From: Chiloscyllium plagiosum
Taxonomy: Eukaryota
NCBI RefSeq assembly: GCF_004010195.1
Contig: NC_057718.1
Span: 60,506,137 to 60,570,136, forward strand
DNA length: 64,000 bases
Reading direction: 5' to 3'
In this document: positions 39,275-51,550 of the stretch, one piece after another
Layout of the letters: every line of letters starts with the position of its first letter
How positions within the stretch are numbered: the stretch's first letter is position 1
Notes under the pieces: model-generated
Databases searched by the model: none
What the model was told of the DNA's origin: nothing
Seen by the model: the letters and a program-made list of their open reading frames with translations, nothing else
Position numbers and translations under genes: made by a program

Positions 39275-39880
39275 CTGAGATTATGCCCTCTAGTCCCAGA
39301 CTCTTTATCAAGGGGAAACAACACTTGCCCACCTTTCCCCTGAGAATCTTGTATGTTTCAATAAAGTTGTCTCTCATTCTTCTACATTCCAATGCTTGCA
39401 GGCACAACCTACCCAACCTCTCCTCAGAACAGTCCCGCCATGCCTGGTAGGAGAAAATGAGAACTGCAGATGCTGGAGATCAGAGCTTAAAAATGTGTTG
39501 CTGGAAAAGCGCAGCATGTCAGGCAGCATCAAAGGAACAGGAGAATCGACGTTTCGGGCTTATGCCTGAAACGTCAATTCTCCTGTTCCTTTGATGCTGC
39601 CTGATCTGCTGCACTTTTCTAGCAACACATTTTTAACCCCATGCCTGGTATCACCCAAGTTAACCTTCTCTGGACTGTCTCCAATGCCAGAATATCTTCC
39701 TTTAGATAAGGCACCCAAAACTATTCACAGTTTTCCAGCTCTGGTCTTGATTACTACCTTGATTCATTTTAACAAAAATCTCTATTTTTATAACTCCATT
39801 CACTTCAAAATAAAGGCCAACATTCCATTTGCTTTCCCTATTGCTCGCTGACCTTGAATGCTAGCTTTTTGTGATTCATG
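39275..39880 (-). mobile_element. CR1 3' fragment interrupted by a palindromic insert
   Basis: ORF 39231-39416 (LECRRMRDNFIETYKILRG); ggccaacattccatttgc (KANGML) near 39820. Confidence 0.82.
39450..39638. mobile_element. Penelope-derived near-perfect hairpin element with 12-bp TSD
   Basis: Arms 39487-39559 and 39564-39636, loop ttat; TSD ccatgcctggta at 39438-39449 and 39639-39650. Confidence 0.92.
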
Positions 39881-40230
39881 ATACCAATTAAATATGAGAC
39901 AATATATGCAGTGAATGTTAACCCTGATGATATTTGACTCTGCTGTGTTTGATGAGGTGTTTTTACATATTTACAATTTCAATCTGTTGGATGGATTTGC
40001 CCAAAATGTAGTTTTTGAAATCAGTGTATATATCTACTCAGACATTCATTATGTGTTCATTTGTTTCAGTTTCAGTTTGTTTCCAGTTTGTATAATCCTT
40101 CCATTTATACTCCCTTGTGAAACAGGAAACCAGAGGGTGATCAGAATAATTCTTCAAATATAGTATTCTTAGTTTGTACACTGTTTAATTATGAGCTAAG
40201 TTCACCTTATTTCTTTTTAAATGCACCATC

Positions 40231-40475
40231 TTTTTTTTTATTCCAAAAATATACTTTATTCATAAATATTTTGATGATCTGTACAATTGATCATGCCATA
40301 CCTATGTAAACATCCCATTTCTTGGCATACAGAGACAGAGTAATCATTCATATATACAGGTCTGTACGATTACTGACCACATATTTAGCAGGGGGGTCTG
40401 CAGAGCCCCCTTACTGCGTCAGATTGCTGTGCTTAGGCAGGCAGATGTTACACGATGGTCTTTCCCCACTGTGCC
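40231..40475 (-). mobile_element. 5'-truncated L1/Tx1-like LINE 3' end with poly(A) and 16-bp TSD
   Basis: Poly-T start; AATAAA on the minus strand near 40255; ORF end KAQWGKTIV*; TSD ttttaaatg(c/t)accatc at 40215-40230 and 40476-40491. Confidence 0.8.
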
Positions 40476-40832
40476 TTTTAAATGTACCATCACCAAATAG
40501 GATCCTACAGTTATTACAATTATTTCTCTGAGTTACTGTTCACAGCTATCTATTGGGAAATCCTACACACATTTTGCTGGATTTGAGATTTGAATGTCAA
40601 ATGAATTCCCTCTGGCAATTCATATAAAAGGCAACATTTTTTTGCCAAACTGTCTAGACTTTCTCTTGTTGTGGAGGAGCAAGTCTCATATCTTCAAATA
40701 GCTGGCTCATCATTAATCCACCTCGATTCAACATTCAGAAATGGGGTATAGAGTGACCAATAAGGCACTGATTTTAGCAGTGTTAAAATGTTTCCTAAAA
40801 TTGAAACCACTTCAGAATCTGCATAACAGATT

Positions 40833-41179
40833 GGGTAGCAGGGTTGATCAGTGATTATCATGGCTACCTTACAGTGTGAGGTACCCAGGTTCAATTCCAG
40901 TCTTGGGTGACTGTGTGGAGTTTGCACATTTTCCCCATGTCTGCATGGGTTTTCTCCGGGTGCTTGGGTTTCCTCTCACAGTCCAGAGATGTGCAAGTTA
41001 AGTGGATTGACTATGCTAAATTGTCCATAGTGTCTAGGTATGTGCAGGCTAGGTAGATTTGCCATGTGAAATGTGGAGTTATAGGGCATGTGGGTGAGTC
41101 TGGGTGGGTTGCTCGTAAGAGAGTTGGTGTGGACCTGTTGGGCTGAATGGCCTACTTCCACATTATAGGGATTCTATGA
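40833..41179 (+). mobile_element. Older HE1-type tRNA-derived SINE
   Basis: B box ggttcaattcc near 40888; body gtggagtttgcacatt..; tail gttgggctgaatggcctacttccacattatagggattctatg. Confidence 0.88.
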
Positions 41180-42636
41180 AACAGAATCTATTTTATTTTT
41201 GCTGCTATTTTATGTTTGTATGTCATTTACAGGGTGTATTTTTCAAATCCTTTTATATAATGATAAACAAGTGGAATTGCAAAAGGTAATGCTTACATAG
41301 AGTTGCTAGATTGTATAGTAAAAATATTCATGATTTATTGAAAACTCTTACCCCTCCCTGACACATTTCCATATTCTAACAATCGTTGTTCACCATCTGT
41401 ATAAAGAAGACTCTGGATTAGAATAAAGAAACACTTCAGATCTATTCAATGTTATTGGAGCACATTTTGACCTTTTTCATGGATCATGTTGCTTCAGTCA
41501 AACCAGTTTACTTCAGGAAGATCAATCTCTTTGACCTAGCCCCATACTCAATGTGAATTCTGGTTGAAAAGTAAAATCTGCCTGAAGTCAGTTGGTTCGA
41601 TCTGCTAGCAATCATTCAGCATTCATTGATTTGTTATGAAAATAGAGAGGTTTCTGCATTCATTAACAAATCAAAATCAGCACCTATCACATACCTCAGA
41701 GCTGAGCCCCCTACTTTCCTCCCTGGTGTTGACTTTGGCTCAGCAATTCCAATAGTTCACATCTGGCTTGCTGTTTGATGGGTTGGGGTCAGCTCAAGTT
41801 GAATTGAACGGAATATTCAAACTGGAGCTAGTTTACACATTCCTAAGCCAAACTGTTCCTCAATGTTGTGGCAGCATTTAGCACAGAGGCAGTCTATTAT
41901 GTATTCCAATGCAGTCTTTGTAAAAATAATATGATGAACTTCTGACTCTTGTGGAGATTTCATTTATGTTTGATGTTGTTCATTTAAAGATAGTCATGTT
42001 TATAATTAAAGGAAAAATTCAGGTTCTAAACAACTTCAATATAATACAGGAAGAACTCCTCCAATGCCCAGTTTGAAGAACTAATTAATTTTCTACTTCA
42101 CTATAAAAGCAAATTTCCATTTACTGGGAGTGGTGATTAAAGCAAAAGGAAAGCGTTGTGGGAGTACTTTCAGTATAAAAAGCACTCCCCATCTACATAT
42201 TGTGAAAAAAAATGATTGAATGAAATCTCTTACCTGCTGCGATATTAATAGTTTTGTATCTTTGATTCTTTTTGTGAAGATCATTCATTTTGACCTCCTC
42301 CTTTGGTTCGTCAGCCTTACCATTGCGGCCTACCGGAGAGTGGCTGCACTGAAAGTTCCACAGCTTGGCTTTCCTTCTAAAACTGGAGGCTGTCCACAAG
42401 GTAGGAAAATTATACAATAATTGTGTACCCTGGCAGGGCTGGCATTTCCAGTCATAAATTTGTCAATCAGCTTGGATTTTGGTCGATGAGTTTTTTACAT
42501 TTCCTCACTGACACAAGTGTAGCAGCTCTATATTGACGCTACATCAAAATTTTAAGAAGGATTTAAATTATGAATACAGCTCCCCCTTATCTTCTATATC
42601 CATCAACAGATTTATGTCTTCGGATCAAGCCAATAT

Positions 42637-42948
42637 TTAGATTAGATTACTTACAGTGTGGAAACAGGCCCTTCGGCCCAACAAGTCCACACTAACCCGC
42701 CGAAGCGCAACCCACCCAGACCCATTCCCCTACATTTACTCCTTCACCTAACACTACGGGCAATTTAGCAGGGCCAATTCACCTAACCTGCACATTTTTG
42801 GATTGTGGGAGGAAACCAGAGCAAACCCACGCAGACACAGGGAGAACGTGCAAACTCCACAGAGACAGTCGCCTGAGACGGGAATTGAACCCGGGTCTCT
42901 GGCGCTGTGAGGCAACAGTGCTAACCACTATGCCACCGTGCTGCCCCA
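42637..42948 (-). mobile_element. HE1-type tRNA-derived SINE
   Basis: Highly similar to 20575-20915 throughout, including the (agatt)n tail. Confidence 0.93.
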
Positions 42949-43264
42949 TCAAAATACAAAGGGACATAAGAGTTTCTATGTTGTTTGTGCAGCTTGGCTG
43001 GAAATGTTCTCACTGCATTCCACTAACATAACTGTGGTATACATTTAGTAGATTCCTCAATTGTGCGTAAGTAGTGTTTCCACCATCATTATGACAATGG
43101 AAGAAGAAGGCCCAAGAAAATTCCTGTCTTTTATTTCAACTTGTCATTTTTTAACTAAGGTTTGAATGATGAGACAGGAATATTGCTAGCAAGTGGTGAG
43201 AGACCCATTCACATGAATTAATCACTATTCTGTCTAATCTATATGCAGTTTGCTATTTATCCAC

Positions 43265-46200
43265 ATAGTGGAGAGCAACTAGATGGCAGGTAGTTGCTCG
43301 GTTCCGGTGGAGACTGTCCCATCAATACAGATCCCTCCTGTTTCAAAACTGATGCCAATGCCCCATGGAATAGAACCTCTCTTTCCCACACCACTCCCTT
43401 AGCCAAGTGTTTATACTCATTCCATGCTGCTGCTGCTCCAAGGCAGATAGGGAGATCCTGAGTTCAGGAATCGAGGACATTATCCAACAGGTATGAGATA
43501 CTTGCTCCCTGTAAGGATGAGGAAAAGGGTTACAGGGAGGATGAGCCAGCTGATCATGGCACCATGGTGCAGGAGGCCATTCAAGAGAGGAAGCCAAAAG
43601 GTAAGTGATAGTTGTGGGGGATTCTATAATTAGGGAGACTGCATCCTTTGTAAGCTGAATCAAGAGTCCCACATGGTATGTTGCCTGCCTGGTGCCAGAG
43701 CGTGGGACATCTCTGACTGTCTTGAAAGGATATTGGAATGGGAGGGCGAGGACCTAGTTATTGTGATCCACGTTGGACAAACGACATAGCAAGGCTAGGA
43801 AAGAAGACCTTATCGAGGATTATCAAGCATTAGGAATGAAATTAAGGAACTGGTCCTCAAGGGTTATAATCTCTGGATTATTGCCCAAGCCACATGCAAA
43901 GTGTCTTAGGGATAAGAAAATTAAGGAAGTAAGCACATGGCTAAGGGAGTGGTGTGGGAAAGAGGGGTTCCATTTCATGGGTCATTGGCATCAGTTTTAG
44001 AACAGGCAGGATCTGTACTGATGGGACGGTCTCCACCTGAAAAAATCGGGAACCAGTGTTCGCGTGAAAAGTATAAATAGGGTGGTCACTAGGATTTTCA
44101 ACTAGTGAGTCGGGGGCAAAGGAAGGGGAAAACAACAGGAAGTATGGTGGTAAATAAAAAGGAAAGCAATAGGTTAACATGTGTGCAGGAGAGTTTAACT
44201 ACATGACTATGAAAGAAGTAGAAAGGAAGGATAACTCAGAAGATATTATTATTGGAGGTGTTGTAATTCTTAAAGACGGTACAAAAACTAGCACAAAGGC
44301 ACTTTCCCTTAGTGCTTGTAGCATTTGTAACAAGTTAGATGAGTTAACGGCACAAATCATCGCAAATGAATATGATTTTGTAGACATTGCAGGATGGGAA
44401 ATAAGGGAGGTGGTGTAGCTCTGATATACAAGGACAACATCAGGGCAGTAGTGAGAGATGATACAGGTACCATGGAGAATAAGGCTGAATCCATTTGGGT
44501 GGAAATTAGAAATTCTAAGAAGAAAACATTACTGATGGATATAGTCTATAAGTCGCCAAATAATTATGTCACATTGGGGGCGGGTGATAAGCAAAAAAAA
44601 AAACTTATGCCTAAAGAAATGGTACAGCAATGATCATGTAGATTGGTCAACCCAGCTTGGTCAGGGTAGCCTTGAGGAGGAGTTCATTGAATGTAACCGC
44701 AATAGTTTTCTTGAACAGTATGTCATGGAACCAACGAGGGAACAAGCTATCCTAGATCTGCTGCTGTGTGATGAGACAGGAATAATTAATGATGTCATAA
44801 TTAGGCATCCTCTTGGAAGGAGTGATCACTGTATGGTAGAATTTAGAATAAAGATGGAAATTGTGAAGATAAACTCCAATACCAGGGTCCTGTACTTAAA
44901 CAAGAGTGACTACAATAGGATGAGGAAGGAGTTGGCTAAAGCAGACTGGAAGCAAAGACTTTATGGTGGGACAGTTGATGAACAGTGGAGGACTTACAAA
45001 GCAATTTTTTGAAGTGCTCAGCAAAATATATACCAGTGAAAAGGAAGGAGTGTAGGAAAAGGGGTAATCTGCCATGGAAATAAGGGAGGCTATCAAATTG
45101 AAAGAGAAGGCATACAAAGTGGTCAAGATCAGCTGGAAACTAGAATATTGGGAAAGCTTTAAAGGTCAACAGAAAGCCAGAAAAAGAGCAATAAAGAAAA
45201 GTAAGATAGATTATCAGAAAAAAACTAGCTCAGAATATAAAGACAGACAGCAAAAGTTTCTATAATTATGTAAAACCAAAAAAAGAGTAGGTAAAGTAAA
45301 TATTGGTCCTCTAGAGGATGAGAAGGAGGATTTAGTAATGGGATATGAAGCACTGAATAGGTACTTTGTGTCGGTCTTCACAGTGGAGGAAATGAATAAC
45401 ATACCAGTGATTGACAAAGAGATGAGGGTAGGCGAGGCCCAGGAAACAATCATTATCATGAAAGAGGTAGTGTTGGACAAGCTAATGGAGCTGAGGGTAG
45501 ACAAGTCTCCTGGCCCTGATGGAATGCACCCCAGGGTGCTAAAACAGATGGTGGGAGAAATAACAAATGCGCTTGTGATAATTTTCTAAAATTCACTTGG
45601 ACTCTGGACAGTTCCAGCAGATTGGCAAATGTGATGCCACTGTTTAAAAAGGGAAGTAGGCAAAAGATGGGGAAGTATAGACTAGTTAGCTGAACTGTAG
45701 TGGGAAAATGCTTGACTCTTATCAAGGAAGAAATAGCAAAGTGTCTAGATAGAAATTGTCCCATTGGGCAGACACAGCATGGGTTCATGAAGGGCAGGTC
45801 ATGCTTCACTGATCTTTTGGAATTCTATGAAGACATTATGAACACAGTGGACAATGGGGGCCCAGTAGATATGGTGTATCTAGTTTACCAAAAGACATTT
45901 GACAAGGTGCCACACAAAAGGCTGCTGCATAAAATAAAGATGCAAGGCATTACAGGCAATATATTAGCATGTACAGAGGATTGGATGACCAACTGGAAGC
46001 AAAGAGTGGGAATAAGTGAGTGCTATTCTGGTTGGCAATCAGTGACTAGTGTATGTTTCAGGGATCAGTGTTGTGACCACAATTATTCACAATTTATGTT
46101 GATGATTTGGAGTTGGGGACCACATGTAATAGGTCAAAACTTGCAGATGGCACTGGTATAACAAAGTGTGCAGAGGACTGTGAAACCTTGCATTGGGACA

Positions 46201-47062
46201 GAGACTGTTTAAGCGCATTGGCAAAAGTCTGGCAGATGGAGTAAAATGTGAATAAATGTGAAGTTACCCATTTCAGTAGGAATAACAGTAAAAAGGACAA
46301 TTACTTGAATGGTAAGAAATTGCAGCATGCTGCTGTGCAGAGGCACTTGGGTGTCCTTGTGCATGAATCACAGAAGTTTGGCCTGCAGGTGCAACAGCTG
46401 ATGAATAAAGCAAATGGCATTTTCTCCTTCATTGCTAAAGGGATTGAGTTTAAAAACAGAAAGATTATGTTGCAACTGCATTGGGTGCTGGTGAGGTCAC
46501 ACCTGGAGTACTGTGTGCAGTTTTGGTCTCCTCATTTAAGAAAGGATGTACTGGCACTGGAGGGGGTGCAGAGGAGGTTCACTAGGTTGATTCCAGAGTT
46601 AAGCGGGTTGGTTTATGTGGAGAGACTAAGTAGACTGGGATTATATTCATTGGAATTTAGAAGAATTGGGGGGGATCTTATAGAAACATAGAAAATTATG
46701 AAGGGAATAGTTACGTTCGAAGTAGAGAGGATGTTCCCACTGGCAGGTGAATCTCGGACAAGACAGCATAGTCTCAAAATTAGGGGGAGCAAATTTAGTA
46801 CTAAATTGAGAAGGAACTTCTTCACCCCCAGAGGGTTGTGAATCTATGAAATTCCCCGCCCAGTGAAGTAGTTGAGGCCTCCTCAGTAAATGTTTTTAAA
46901 GCTAAGGTAGATCATTTTTTGAACAGTGAATGAAGGGTTATAGTGAGAAGATGGGTAAGTGGAACTGAGGCCATGAAGAGATCAGTCATGGTCATGTTGA
47001 ATGGTGCACTGGGATTGAAGGGCCAGACGGCCTGCTCCTGCTCCTAGTTCTTATGTTCTTTT
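43265..47062 (+). mobile_element. Near full-length decayed CR1 LINE (ORF1 esterase, ORF2 APE+RT, 3' tail)
   Basis: VVGDSII near 43610, DGLHL near 44025; ORFs 44394-45012 (APE), 45338-46161 and 46248-46691 (RT); tail cctagttcttatgttctt. Confidence 0.93.
43300..43414 (-). repeat. Inverted copy (about 115 bp) of 43930-44042 at the 5' end of the same CR1
   Basis: Minus ORF ..NTWLREWCGKERFYSMGHWHQF matches plus ORF ..STWLREWCGKEGFHFMGHWHQF. Confidence 0.9.
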
Positions 47063-47935
47063 GTAACAATTCTTGGTATGAAAGTCAGAGTGGGTACCTG
47101 GCAGCTTCAGGTCACTGTATACTCTTCTAGTCCCCAATCTTTGCCAACAGTCCCTTAACCTCAGACTGTATGTGCAACAATCACCCACGACTTCTGTCCA
47201 TGGAGATTGGCATCAGGCGCACGTGACTACATCATCATGGGACATTTCCAATTCACTTAGAATACAGTTATCCACTTCAATGCTGCACTAACATTGTCCA
47301 TTGCAATGCTGCTGCCAAACCTTTTGTGTACAGGGCAGCACTGACCTCATGGACTGGAGCAGGGTATCAATCAAAGCTCTTTGTTTTCTCAGTTGGTGTT
47401 TATACTCTGTGGTTACTTGGATACGCACAGCATCCCCGCCTTACTTTGTCTGTTTGCACATTGACACATCATTCCATATATACAGGCTCTTCATTCTTCT
47501 GTCCTTCTTTGCTTCTTAGCCAAATTCACCCAGTCATGGGGTCAGTTCCCACACAATCCCCAGCTTTATTTCTCACTGTTACTTGTGACCACTCCACAGT
47601 CTTCATGCTGCCATGGAACACTGATGCATTCCTCCAAGTAAACATTCTATGAGAACCATGGCTTGACCACACACCTTACATCTTCCTCCCAGTCACAATC
47701 CTGTTGACCTTCCTTCCTGTCCACTATCTCAACCTAAATCAGAGAGTTCACAACCTCAGAATCTATTGAGTTATTTGAATGTCTTAGCTGAGCTTCCAAC
47801 TCTATTAAACTTCATCAGGTAGATTCCATACGTTCAGCTCCATGAGGCTGCCAATCCCCACTGCATACCTGTTTCTGAAACCCCTCATCCATGCCTTAAA
47901 TCATCTCCAGATACAGCCACTATAGTGCTCCCCTG

Positions 47936-48117
47936 CAAACAAAAAATGCTGGAAATCACAGCAAGTCAGGCAGCATCCAATGAGAGACACCAAGCTAACA
48001 TTTCAGATCATTCTTCATCAGAGCTGAAGACAGATGCTGTCTGACCTGCTGTAATTTCCAACAATTTTTGTTTTCAGTACAGATTCCAGCATCTGCACTA
48101 ATTTGCTTCTACATCAC
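47936..48117. mobile_element. Short Penelope-derived inverted-repeat element with 9-bp TSD
   Basis: Arms aacaaaaaatgctggaaatcacagcaagtcaggcagcatc and gatgctgtctgacctgctgtaatttccaacaatttttgtt; TSD gctcccctg at 47927-47935 and 48118-48126. Confidence 0.85.
47993..48025 (-). ncRNA. Minimal type I hammerhead ribozyme motif
   Basis: Minus strand AGCU-CUGAUGA-AGA(auga)UCU-GAAA-U-GUU-AGCU; stem I perfect, 3-bp stem II. Confidence 0.7.
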
Positions 48118-48813
48118 GCTCCCCTGTCTAGTTTCCCTTTCTTCATTCTCCATAATGTTTATTTTGTCCAAAAACCCTGTAGTTTCTATTCCATCCCATA
48201 CCAAGTATTATTTACCTATCATCCTTGTCCTTACTAAACAACATTCATTCCCATTCCACGACTACCTTAATTTAGAATTCCTTTTCCTTTAATGGTTTCA
48301 CCCACTCAGTATCTCTGCAATCTTCTCCAATCCTGCAATCCCACCCCGAACTGTATTCCTCTGATCACTTTTGAATCCTCTTGCCCAACATTGTCAGCCA
48401 TACCTTCAGCCGGAATTTCCTACTTTATAACTCTCTACCTTTTTCTCCTCCTTTGAAGTCCTACTGAAACTTACCACTTTTAGCACACTTTTGGTCCCAA
48501 TTCCTAATACTGTGTCTTTGTCTTGCTTTTTGCTCTGAAGTGCCCTCTTCATGAAAGAGGTTAATTAATTGTAGATTGTTATGATGCTAAAATCGCTAGG
48601 AGAAAAATAAGTTGGTTATGCTTGATCTATAACTTTGATCCTAGAGAAGGCTGAATTTATTCTTCAGATGTGCTTCACATCTAGTGGATGGCATCCATCT
48701 CACAGGAGATCAGTAAGAAGCTAGTTATAAATGATTGCAATAATACTTGATTAACCCTTAATATGTTCTAATGGTTTTTCTTTCCATCTCTTATTTTAAA
48801 GGAAGCATTAATT

Positions 48814-48994
48814 TGTTGATTGAGAACTGTCCCATTTCCCATAAACCTCGTCCACAGACCTTGTGAAATTGACACGTTTGTTTATTTCACAATATCGTGG
48901 GAAGAGGTCAATGACCGCTCAGCTCGGAATGGTCGCTCAGCGCTGATGAGTCATAACGTCTCCGCTCAGCTACAGGCGTATACAGTTTATAAAT
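48814..48994 (-). mobile_element. Partial ERV LTR (TATA-R-polyA-U5), probably the 3' LTR
   Basis: Minus strand TTTATAAA (48986-48993), AATAAA (48881-48886), ends ..ttctcaatCAACA; the U5 matches the U5 in front of the PBS at 51802-51858. Confidence 0.75.
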
Positions 48995-49320
48995 GATTTG
49001 GAGGAGCCAGTGTAGGACTGGGGTGTACAAAGTTAAAAATCACACAACACCAGGTTATAGTCCAATAGGTTTATTTGGAAGCACTAGCTTTCGGAGCGCT
49101 GCTCTTTCATCAGGTGGTTGTGGAGTAAAAGATCGTAAGATACAGAATTTACAGCAAAGGTTTACAGCGTGATGCAACTGAAATTACATGTTGAAGAAGA
49201 CCTGGATTGTTTGTGAGTCTCTCATCTTTTAGAATGACCATGTTGGTTTCATTTCTTTCATTTGTAAATTTCACAACTTAGATTCGATTTCTAAAAAAAA
49301 AATGAATCCATGTAAAATAC
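48995..49320. mobile_element. Penelope-like terminal fragment of a second family, sitting where most of the ERV pol/env is missing
   Basis: gatttggag..ggactggggtgtacaaagttaaaaatcacacaacaccaggttatagtcc..; partial second copy at 60010-60087; carries a hammerhead motif. Family assignment rests mainly on that motif. Confidence 0.7.
49082..49116 (-). ncRNA. Minimal type I hammerhead ribozyme motif
   Basis: Minus strand CAC-CUGAUGA-aaGAGC(agc)GCUCc-GAAA-G-CUA-GUG; stem I CAC/GUG, palindromic AGCU stem III, CUA cleavage triplet. Confidence 0.75.
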
Positions 49321-50030
49321 AGTGCATATAACGTGATGCTCTTTGTATACCCTTGGGGAAGCCAGGTCCATGTATATTAGCAGCTGCCATAAGTAAAGGC
49401 AAAGTAAAGGCTGTCAGGAGACAATGTGATGGAGAAAAAGGCTGAACAGAGGTCCATTGTGGAAAAGCAAGTGGCAGAGGCCGGGAGACTACTAAGAATG
49501 TATTGGTGTCCAGTACTGATGAGGAGCAGGGGACAACAAAAACATTTACGGCCCTTAGGTCCTGAATGAAACGGCACCTTCCCGGTTTCCCTGGTTTCAG
49601 GATTGGAAGTATGCAGTATTACAGGGACTGGTGGTAGGTATCAAAATGCCTTAGTGTAGGAGGGAGTCTATAACAGGTTTGATTCCCTCTGTTGCAGCCG
49701 GCGCAGAACAGCTCCCTGCTTAACCTGCTTCTAAGGTAAGACCCCGGGGATAGCAGTGAATACAGGCATTTAATTTACAAAGGGTTTGATGGTCCAAAAG
49801 GACCACTAGACAGGATGCGGAAATGATAGCTGCGTCGGCGACTGTGACTGGTCTGGCGCTAATGGGCACTGCATTAGAAAGTGGTTCTGTCATGGGTTCT
49901 CCAGAGACACCTACAGTGCGGACAGTATTGGAACTGAGGGGAAGGTCCGCAGAGGGAGCTGTAGACGAGTGTGTGGCTCTAGAGTCCACAAAAACTGAAA
50001 TGAGGCAATCCCCCACTTCTACGTCCATCA
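49321..50030 (-). pseudogene. pol: Endogenous retrovirus protease plus N-terminal RT (class I, epsilon-like), disrupted
   Basis: VFVDSRATHS (aspartic protease DS/TG, mutated); then EGIKPVIDSLL*GILIPTTSPCNT-LPILKPG..RFIQDLRAVN..DLCSAFFSI..FAFTY..YTWTWLPQGY, with stops and frameshifts. Confidence 0.9.
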
Positions 50031-50099
50031 TGGGATTTTCAGATGGGGAGTGTGAGAGACGTATCGAGGGAGCCTGCAAACCTCCCTCCTGTGACAGCC

Positions 50100-51550
50100 C
50101 TAGGCTTTTGGGGCACAGGGAATGGGTCGTCTGCAGTAAAGGCAGCCTGCTGAGGCTGTCTTTGTTGAGGAGCATGATTTTGCTGGAAAAGTGAAGGTGG
50201 TGTATGGGTGGAAGCCTTCGATGACCTCTGAGGGCCCGCTAACCAACAATCTCTTTCCCACTGACCCAGTTTGCCGCATGCCCTACAAGTATTCCCATGT
50301 CGCTGTGCCTGGCCTTGGCTTTTACCCTGATTCCATGGCTGCATGAGCTGAGGGTATGCCTCCTTCCCTCTCTTACATTCAAACAGTCCCTGTCAGTCTA
50401 AATTTTTGAGAGTGCATGTATCTCCCCACATGGCTGCTTGCCAGGTTAGTTTGTGGAATATGTAGACATGAGCATATCAGGGCAGCATGCATTTTACAAG
50501 GGTCTGCACTGCTGATTTACCATTCTCTGACAATGGGATGCCCGCTGAGGACTCCCAGTCATCTTTGAAGTAGGTAGTGAAATCGGAGATGGGCTCATTA
50601 GATTTTTGCAGGCAACAGGTAACTTGCCCGGATGCAGTGATAGCATTCTAACGTTATTCACAAGCCAGGTGGAGCGTGCAGGTGCATTAGCCCATGGCTC
50701 ATCAGGGAATTCAATGGAGGTCCTCACAGTTGTCCAGTGAGACCCATATGCTAACTGCAGTAAAGTCTGGACGTCCTGCCATCAGTAATTGTAGATATCA
50801 CAAATTTGTAGTAGCCAATTGAAAGGTGCTTTAGCACCTCATGGGCATCCTGGAACATGCCTTGGACCTCAGCGTGAGTCCAGGGCTTGTTGAGAGGTGT
50901 AGTGCCCATCATAATGCTGGGGTGCTGGCTATTGAGGGTCTGGGGCTTTGAAGTAGCAGCCGCACTATGAGTAAGTCTGGTGTTGGAAGTGGGATTGGTG
51001 CCCACTTGATCTGGGTGTCCTGTCCCTGACATGCTTCCTACAACTGATGCCTCCGAAATCCCCTGCTTTGCGATACCAGGGGGTGTGGAAGGACGCACGG
51101 CAACAAATACAGCAACCTCACTTACTAGCGGGTCTGGCTTCGGAGCTGGGAAAGGAACTTCAGGACATTGAGGGGTATATGGTGGTGTGGCAGTGGGTGG
51201 GGAATTAGACGATGCAGAGGTGTTTGAAAGCTGACAGCGACCTTCATTTTTAGAGGGCTGGTGCCCTTTCACGACTTCCTTAACCTTTTCTAAGCATTGA
51301 ATCCTTTTGTCATTGTCCCAAGAGGGGTCACTGTATCCACCCTCAAAATGCCTTCTCCAGTAGTCCATTTTCTCCAATTTAAAGGAGCCCCCATAAGGCC
51401 AATTTCCATAGGGCCACCCATATAAATCGGAGGTGAAGGGAATACCATATCTACTGTCACTTGTTTCCTTCCGTACTGTGTCAGCCGGTGACCCTGGTGT
51501 TACCAGAGGATCTCCTACCTTGTTCTTGCAGCATACGTGTTTACCATCAT
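50100..51550 (-). pseudogene. gag: Endogenous retrovirus Gag (matrix, proline-rich region, capsid, zinc knuckle), disrupted
   Basis: PGSPA..WPYGGSF (matrix-like), TPPY-containing proline-rich segment, PWTHAEV (capsid start), CRACGKLGQWERDC (CCHC knuckle with H>Q). Confidence 0.85.

Larger units (their letters stand above)
47700..48545 (+). mobile_element. Old L2-like LINE 3' remnant
   Basis: ctgaaacccctcatccatgcc..tccagata (ETLIHA..SRLD-like); cattcattccca (HWLP-like); gccataccttcagc; pyrimidine-rich 3' region. Confidence 0.55.

Noticed and set aside
48943..48965. ctgatgag..ctc in the ERV LTR as another hammerhead
   Set aside because: No GAAA follows the putative stem II. It is better read as LTR sequence with an AP-1-like TGAGTCA and three cgctcagc repeats.
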